A stretch of 32,000 bases of DNA from Candidatus Nanosynbacter sp. BB002 (GTDB lineage Bacteria; Patescibacteriota; Saccharimonadia; Saccharimonadales; Saccharimonadaceae). Location of the stretch: positions 540,001 through 572,000 of the forward strand of contig NZ_CP146064.1 of the NCBI RefSeq assembly GCF_037013405.1. Reading direction: 5' to 3'. The notes under the pieces were generated by a model, which worked only from the letters and a program-made list of their open reading frames with translations, was not told the origin of the DNA and did not search any database. The position numbers were made by a program, and so were the translations under genes. Below, piece by piece: positions 7,692 through 12,244 of the stretch (position 1 is its first letter; every line of letters starts with the position of its first letter).

Positions 7692-8351
7692 TTAAGTATT
7701 ATTCAGCTTTTGCGAATGCGTTTTGCGCCACTCGGCGATCATGGCATGATTGCCACTCAGTAGAATCTCCGGAACCTGCAGGCCATTGAATTCAGCGGGA
7801 CGTGTGTACTGCGGAAACTCCAAGGTCTCGCCGTCTGAAAAACTCTCGATGGCTGCCGATTGTTCACCGCCCAAAACCCCTGGCAGCAGCCGAACGATAG
7901 AGTCGATGATAGTCATGGCTGGCAGCTCGCCGCCAGTCAACACATAATCCCCAACGCTTAACTCTAGATCTACTAGCTCCATAATTCGCTCATCGTACCC
8001 CTCATATCGTCCACAGATGAATATATAGCCGTGCTCTTTTTCGGAAAAATCTTGCGCCAGCGACTGCTTCCATCTGGTGCCACGTGGCGTCATAATGACT
8101 ACTTTAGCAGTTGGATCCTGGCTCTTGGCGTGCGTCACCGCCTTCCACAGCGGCTCAATCATCAGCAGCATACCGTCACCGCCACCATACGGCGTGTCAT
8201 CAACTTGCCGCCGCGGACCCAGGCCAAACTCACGCAAATCAATCGTCTCCAGGCTCACCAAGCCTTCTTTTTGCGCTTTCCACATCATGGAATTACCAAA
8301 CACGCCCGTCAACATTTCTGGGAACAATGTAATAACTTGAAATTTTCTCAT
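7692..8351 (-). CDS. trmD: tRNA (guanine37-N1)-methyltransferase
   Basis: Motifs FQVITLFPEM, RQVDDTPYGGGDGMLL, ICGRYEGYDERI and SVGDYVLTGGELPAM. The track start 8372 would add 7 residues. I prefer ATG 8351 (MRKFQVITLFPEM) because the upstream ATG is embedded in a TGCTAAAAT extended -10. Confidence 0.9.
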   Translation of the reverse strand: MRKFQVITLFPEMLTGVFGNSMMWKAQKEGLVSLETIDLREFGLGPRRQVDDTPYGGGDGMLLMIEPLWKAVTHAKSQDPTAKVVIMTPRGTRWKQSLAQDFSEKEHGYIFICGRYEGYDERIMELVDLELSVGDYVLTGGELPAMTIIDSIVRLLPGVLGGEQSAAIESFSDGETLEFPQYTRPAEFNGLQVPEILLSGNHAMIAEWRKTHSQKLNNT

Positions 8352-8358
8352 CTCTAAA

Positions 8359-8367
8359 ATTTTAGCA
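8359..8367 (-). promoter_or_regulatory. extended -10 (TGCTAAAAT), 7 nt before ATG 8351 (trmD); leaderless candidate
   Basis: Minus strand reads gtaTGCTAAAATtttagagATGAGAAAATTTCAAG. Confidence 0.5.
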
Positions 8368-8372
8368 TACAC

Positions 8373-8401
8373 TTGACTAAAAACTAATTTTAGTGTAAAA
8401 T
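8373..8401 (+). promoter_or_regulatory. sigma70-type promoter for the lipoprotein gene (TTGACT-17 nt-TAAAAT)
   Basis: -35 at 8373..8378 and -10 at 8396..8401, followed by a leader with an AAAGGAG Shine-Dalgarno and ATG 8432. Confidence 0.6.
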
Positions 8402-8431
8402 GATGTCTAACAATTTAAAGGAGTTTTTGTT

Positions 8432-9163
8432 ATGAAGGAAACATTACCAAAATCTAGCTTTCTGCGCGATAAAGTCGCTAAGCCTGCCGGGAAATTAGCA
8501 GCCGGCGCTACTGCCGGCGCTCTTGCCTTTGGCGTTGGTGGCTGTTCAGCCGAACAAAAACCTAATATACTTGGTATAGAAGAAAAACCTGATATATACA
8601 AGATGTCTGTCGATATAACCTGCGATGGACAATCAGCATACGGCATGCCCGAGGTATTGTCATACGAAAATGATGTTACCAGTCCAATCCATGGAAAAGT
8701 AGATCGAGTGACTATTGGCTGTGAGACCAGGTCTATGGACTTCACTTCATCTACCGAAAATGATGCTCAGCCTGCAAATGATATTGAAGTATGGAAACTC
8801 ACTGAAGAAGAGCAAGAGGGCTACGTCCCAAAGCTTGTCTATGGAGGAGTTGAGGACATAGATGATTACAAAACATACAACCTCCATTGGGCTGTTGAGG
8901 TTGATAAATCAAAGAAAAGTCAAGACGCAGCGACCGAAATACCTCGAGTCTTCGCTTATACGGGTAATCCCGTACCTAATAATGCCAAGTCCACGACTAC
9001 TGTATTTGAAGTTATAGACAAAGAAGGAAAGATTAATCTTCATATGGACCCTGAAAACCGGGATTATAAGGTCACTGAAGATGCTAACAATAAAAAATCA
9101 TATAGACTGGAAAACCCGTCGCCAGATGCGCACTTCGAATCACCAGCTGAGAGCCAAATGTAG
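8432..9163 (+). CDS. hypothetical lipoprotein / exported protein
   Basis: 243 aa. Signal peptide with a lipobox-like AFGVGGC|SAEQ. AAAGGAG Shine-Dalgarno at 8417..8423. It has its own TTGACT-17-TAAAAT promoter and a strong downstream terminator. GC is lower than in its neighbours. Confidence 0.6.
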   Translation: MKETLPKSSFLRDKVAKPAGKLAAGATAGALAFGVGGCSAEQKPNILGIEEKPDIYKMSVDITCDGQSAYGMPEVLSYENDVTSPIHGKVDRVTIGCETRSMDFTSSTENDAQPANDIEVWKLTEEEQEGYVPKLVYGGVEDIDDYKTYNLHWAVEVDKSKKSQDAATEIPRVFAYTGNPVPNNAKSTTTVFEVIDKEGKINLHMDPENRDYKVTEDANNKKSYRLENPSPDAHFESPAESQM

Positions 9164-9178
9164 TATAAGTTGAAATCC

Positions 9179-9209
9179 AAAAAACCGCCTCATCACGGGG
9201 CGGTTTTTT
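9179..9209. terminator. bidirectional intrinsic terminator between the lipoprotein gene (+) and khpA (-)
   Basis: AAAAAA-CCGCCTC-atcac-GGGGCGG-TTTTTT. A GC-rich 7-bp stem (9185..9191 with 9197..9203) is flanked by an A-run and a T-run. Confidence 0.75.
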
Positions 9210-9290
9210 AGCACAAATAAGGCTCTCAATGGTTACCCATTGCTCGCATAGAGCTGTTCTCGCATGTTGTCTGTGCTTGAACTACGTTTA

Positions 9291-9683
9291 TTATATATCA
9301 AGGTCGTCTAGTTCTGCAAGCTCTTTTCGAGCATTTTCTGCGTAGGAAGATTGGCTTTCCACAGCTTCCTCTGTTGGCTTTTCCACAGCAGAACCAGAAG
9401 ATGCGCCATCTTCACTGCTCTGCGCGCCAGTAAAGCCATCGTTGTTGACGATTTTCAAATTGTAACGTGCGTCATTTTTCGTGCCCAACGCCCGCAACAA
9501 GGTGCGAACACTTTGCGCAGTACCGCCGCGTTTACCGATCACTCGGCCCAAATCCTCAGGGTTGACAGTCAGCGTCAACAGTACGCCCTTTTCATCAATC
9601 AACCGCTCAACGACAACATCATCTGGATGTTCTACAAGTGATTTAATGATGTATTCCACAAATTGCTGGTCAATCGTTGACAT
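9291..9683 (-). CDS. khpA: KH-domain RNA-binding protein (KhpA/YlqC, UPF0109 family) with an acidic C-terminal extension
   Basis: The N-terminal ~78 aa match the UPF0109 KH pattern (LVEHPDDVVVERLIDEKGVLLTLTVNPEDLGRVIGKRGGTAQSVRTLLRALG). About 50 extra Ser/Glu/Asp-rich residues follow. AAGGAGG Shine-Dalgarno at 9690..9696. Confidence 0.8.
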   Translation of the reverse strand: MSTIDQQFVEYIIKSLVEHPDDVVVERLIDEKGVLLTLTVNPEDLGRVIGKRGGTAQSVRTLLRALGTKNDARYNLKIVNNDGFTGAQSSEDGASSGSAVEKPTEEAVESQSSYAENARKELAELDDLDI

Positions 9684-9716
9684 TCTGCCCCTCCTTCGGA
9701 ATTAAACTGTATAGTT

Positions 9717-9725
9717 AGTATATCA
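9717..9725 (-). promoter_or_regulatory. extended -10 (TGATATACT) for the KH-protein gene (leadered)
   Basis: Minus strand reads tttaTGATATACTaactatacagtttaattccgAAGGAGGggcagaATG. Confidence 0.45.
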
Positions 9726-9760
9726 TAAACGTTTTAGCACGAGCAATAACAGAATCAGGC

Positions 9761-10492
9761 TCAGGAATTGCTTTCTGATTCGTCAGTCAGTCGCCGATAT
9801 TCTGCCAACGCAGCCCGAGCCGCTGCTTGCTGGGCAACTTGTTTGGAAGGACCACTGCCCTGGCCCATCAAACGGTCACCGACAAACACACCCAACCTGA
9901 AAACTTTGTCATGGTCAGGCCCTTCTTCGCCCAGCACTTTATAAACCGGCGTTTGTCCATCTAGCCGCTGCGAAACCTCCTGCAAATGAGACTTTGGATC
10001 GCGCCAACTGCCAGTTTCCAAAATGTGGTCTAGTTTGACGATGATGTGTGTATGGATAAAATCGCGTGCATCATCAAAGCCACGCTCCAGATAGATCGCA
10101 CCGATGACCGCCTCAAACGCGTTGGCTAAAATCTGCAAATGTGCCCGATCCGAACCATTTTTCTCACCCTTGGACATGCGAATGAGCGGTCCGTAACCCA
10201 GTTTGTCGCCCGCATCACCGATACTCTCTGTGCGCACCAGTGCCGCCCGCCATGCTGTCAAAATACCTTCTGGCTCAGAGAAATGAGCAAACAGATATTC
10301 GGTCACCGCCAGTTCCAACACAGCGTCGCCCAAAAACTCCAGCCGCTCGTTATGCTCGTGAACTGATTTTCGGTGCTCGTTGACATAGCTGCGGTGCGTC
10401 AGCGCAGTAATCAAAAGATCCAAATTTGTAAACTCAAAACCCAGCTTTTCGCGCGCAAATTCTTGATATGGCGCAGTATTCATCCCACTCAT
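9761..10492 (-). CDS. rnc: ribonuclease III
   Basis: 243 aa. RNase III signature NERLEFLGDAVLE, plus a C-terminal dsRBD (KSHLQE...GPDHDKVF...GSGPSKQVAQQAAARAAL). Confidence 0.95.
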   Translation of the reverse strand: MSGMNTAPYQEFAREKLGFEFTNLDLLITALTHRSYVNEHRKSVHEHNERLEFLGDAVLELAVTEYLFAHFSEPEGILTAWRAALVRTESIGDAGDKLGYGPLIRMSKGEKNGSDRAHLQILANAFEAVIGAIYLERGFDDARDFIHTHIIVKLDHILETGSWRDPKSHLQEVSQRLDGQTPVYKVLGEEGPDHDKVFRLGVFVGDRLMGQGSGPSKQVAQQAAARAALAEYRRLTDESESNS

Positions 10493-10990
10493 CTACAAAT
10501 TCTCCTGTCTGATACGTTTCATAGCGAGTAAGATCAATTTGCCGATATCTTCGTATTCGATTTCGTCCAAAGCTTCGTGAAATGAAAACCATTTGAGACC
10601 ATTCATCCACGCTTCTTTTTGCAATTTTTCATTTGGATCAAGCGCCTTGACTAGATATACCTGTGTCGTCATCAGCACCAATTTATCAATTCGTCGGTAG
10701 CGAAAATTAACCTTGCCCAGCCAGCCACAAACTTCAATCTTTTTTAAGCCAGTCTCTTCACCGATCTCTCGCTTGGCGGTGACCTGCGCCGTCTCACCTG
10801 GCTCAATGTGTCCCTTTGGGATAGTCCAGCGATCCCGTGCGTCTTGATACAACAAAAATTCGGCCTCACCCTTTTTATTGCGGCGGAACACCACGCCACC
10901 AGCCGTCGGCTCGCGCACGATTTCCTGAATTGATGGCTTTTTATGTCCGCTAAAATATTTGCGTATTCCGCTAAAATTGTCCTTTGTCAT
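10493..10990 (-). CDS. NUDIX hydrolase
   Basis: Nudix box GHIEPGETAQVTAKREIGEETGL. The track start 11065 would overlap nusB by 95 nt. I prefer ATG 10990 (MTKDNF...), which has AAGAGG 6 nt upstream; ATG 10996 is the alternative. Its stop abuts the rnc ATG. Confidence 0.8.
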   Translation of the reverse strand: MTKDNFSGIRKYFSGHKKPSIQEIVREPTAGGVVFRRNKKGEAEFLLYQDARDRWTIPKGHIEPGETAQVTAKREIGEETGLKKIEVCGWLGKVNFRYRRIDKLVLMTTQVYLVKALDPNEKLQKEAWMNGLKWFSFHEALDEIEYEDIGKLILLAMKRIRQENL

Positions 10991-11423
10991 CGGCATCCTC
11001 TTGGAGGGAGCGATATGCCGTACCCAGCACACCGTTGATAAATTTCCCTGAGTTATCCGAACCAAACGCTTTGGCTAATTCGACTGCTTCATTGATGACC
11101 ACTTTTGGAGGTGCATCTTTTGCGTGATTGAGCTCATACAGCGCTAACCGCAAAACTGCTCGGTCAATTCGCGCGATCTGCTCAATTGGCCATTCGGGAG
11201 CCAACGGACGTAGTTGCTCATCCAGTTCCTGCTGCACCGAGATCACGCCGCGCACCAGCTTATCCACAAAATCGACATCATCGACTGATGACTTGTACTT
11301 ATCAAGATTTCTCTCAAGAATGTCTTTGTATTGGACTGTATCGTCTCCAACCTCACGGCGAAATTCATATTCATACAATGTCTGAAGAGCGACGATTCGT
11401 CCTAAATGACGGTTTGAAGCCAT
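10971..11423 (-). CDS. nusB: transcription antitermination factor NusB
   Basis: 150 aa. NusB pattern RIVALQTLYEYEF...IDRAVLRLALYEL...PPKVVINEAVELAKAFG...GKFINGVLG. Confidence 0.9.
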   Translation of the reverse strand: MASNRHLGRIVALQTLYEYEFRREVGDDTVQYKDILERNLDKYKSSVDDVDFVDKLVRGVISVQQELDEQLRPLAPEWPIEQIARIDRAVLRLALYELNHAKDAPPKVVINEAVELAKAFGSDNSGKFINGVLGTAYRSLQEDADDKGQF

Positions 11424-11456
11424 GCGTAAAACGTTCCTGTTCGGGTTATATTACTA

Positions 11457-11603
11457 CTATTTCGTTTTTTTGCCAGTTTCTCGCTTGGTAGTCCAGGCTT
11501 TAACTGGTGAAGAACCGTTTACACGGCGAGCTAATTTCAATACCAAGTGGCTGCGGCGCAGGCCAGTTTTTCGCGGGCTGCTCTGTTTTTTAGGTTGTGC
11601 CAT
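11457..11603 (-). CDS. rpmF: 50S ribosomal protein L32
   Basis: Not in the ORF track (48 aa). My translation is MAQPKKQSSPRKTGLRRSHLVLKLARRVNGSSPVKAWTTKRETGKKTK, ending at TAG 11459..11457. The N-terminus matches the L32 signature MAxPKxxxSxxxxxxRRSH. GGAGAG lies 3 nt upstream, and a TTGAGA-17-TATAAT promoter lies further upstream. Confidence 0.8.
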   Translation of the reverse strand: MAQPKKQSSPRKTGLRRSHLVLKLARRVNGSSPVKAWTTKRETGKKTK

Positions 11604-11642
11604 AATCTCTCCTTTATCAGTTTATATTAACACTTGGGCTTT

Positions 11643-11671
11643 ATTATAACGGTTTTTACGATTTTTCTCAA
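11643..11671 (-). promoter_or_regulatory. sigma70-type promoter for rpmF-nusB-nudix-rnc (TTGAGA-17 nt-TATAAT)
   Basis: Minus strand reads cTTGAGAaaaatcgtaaaaaccgtTATAATaaagccc...aaGGAGAGattATG. Confidence 0.6.
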
Positions 11672-11685
11672 GAGTATAGACTGGG

Positions 11686-11699
11686 ATATTGTACAATAT
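11686..11699. promoter_or_regulatory. perfect 14-bp palindrome ATATTGTACAATAT between divergent promoters (candidate operator)
   Basis: The sequence is self-complementary over 14 bp. It ends 2 nt before the -35 TTGACT of the plus-strand promoter and starts 14 nt beyond the -35 of the minus-strand rpmF promoter. Confidence 0.35.
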
Positions 11700-11701
11700 A
11701 C

Positions 11702-11730
11702 TTGACTTTTTATACTACTTATGCTATTAT
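11702..11730 (+). promoter_or_regulatory. sigma70-type promoter (TTGACT-17 nt, including the TGC extension-TATTAT), 7 nt before ATG 11738; leaderless candidate
   Basis: Plus strand reads TTGACTttttatactacttaTGCTATTATactaaccATGAAT. There is no Shine-Dalgarno. Confidence 0.55.
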
Positions 11731-11737
11731 ACTAACC

Positions 11738-12244
11738 ATGAATAACGAACGATTACCAGAAACAAGTTTTGCAAAAAAGGAAAAAATAGAGAACAGGCTC
11801 AGAAAAACTGTGGGGATGCTAGCCATAGGTGTCACTGGATTAGGCCTTGGCTTATATCCATGGGAAGGCAGGTCTAGCGCCGAAGCACCAGACAGCCCTG
11901 CTGCTGTCGCAGAACAAGGCGCCGTTGATTTTGTTAACGCGGCACACGAAAACCCATCACTGCTAGGACCGGAAAAAACTTTCTCTGTTGATTTACAGGA
12001 TGGTGATTCGGTTAACTCTGCGGCACAGCGAGCCGCTGAAGAAGTCGGCGAACAAGAGGGGTGGTCTGCAGACCAGATTAACCTTAATATTGGTGTAGTC
12101 ACAGAGGCTAGTCAGGAAGTCCTTGACAATTCAAAATACAAGATTCCTCCAAAAGAATTCACTGTTACTATGGTCGAGAAAGACACTAATGGCGATGGCA
12201 AGAAAGAAGTCTTTCCTGCAGACGCAAAACCTAAAGCTAAATAA
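11738..12244 (+). CDS. hypothetical N-terminally anchored/secreted protein
   Basis: The track start is TTG 11702, which is actually the -35 hexamer. I prefer ATG 11738 (MNNERLPETSF...). One TM helix (MLAIGVTGLGLGLY), then an acidic soluble part. Strong promoter directly upstream. Its 3' end overlaps the leuS 3' end by 8 nt. Confidence 0.5.
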   Translation: MNNERLPETSFAKKEKIENRLRKTVGMLAIGVTGLGLGLYPWEGRSSAEAPDSPAAVAEQGAVDFVNAAHENPSLLGPEKTFSVDLQDGDSVNSAAQRAAEEVGEQEGWSADQINLNIGVVTEASQEVLDNSKYKIPPKEFTVTMVEKDTNGDGKKEVFPADAKPKAK

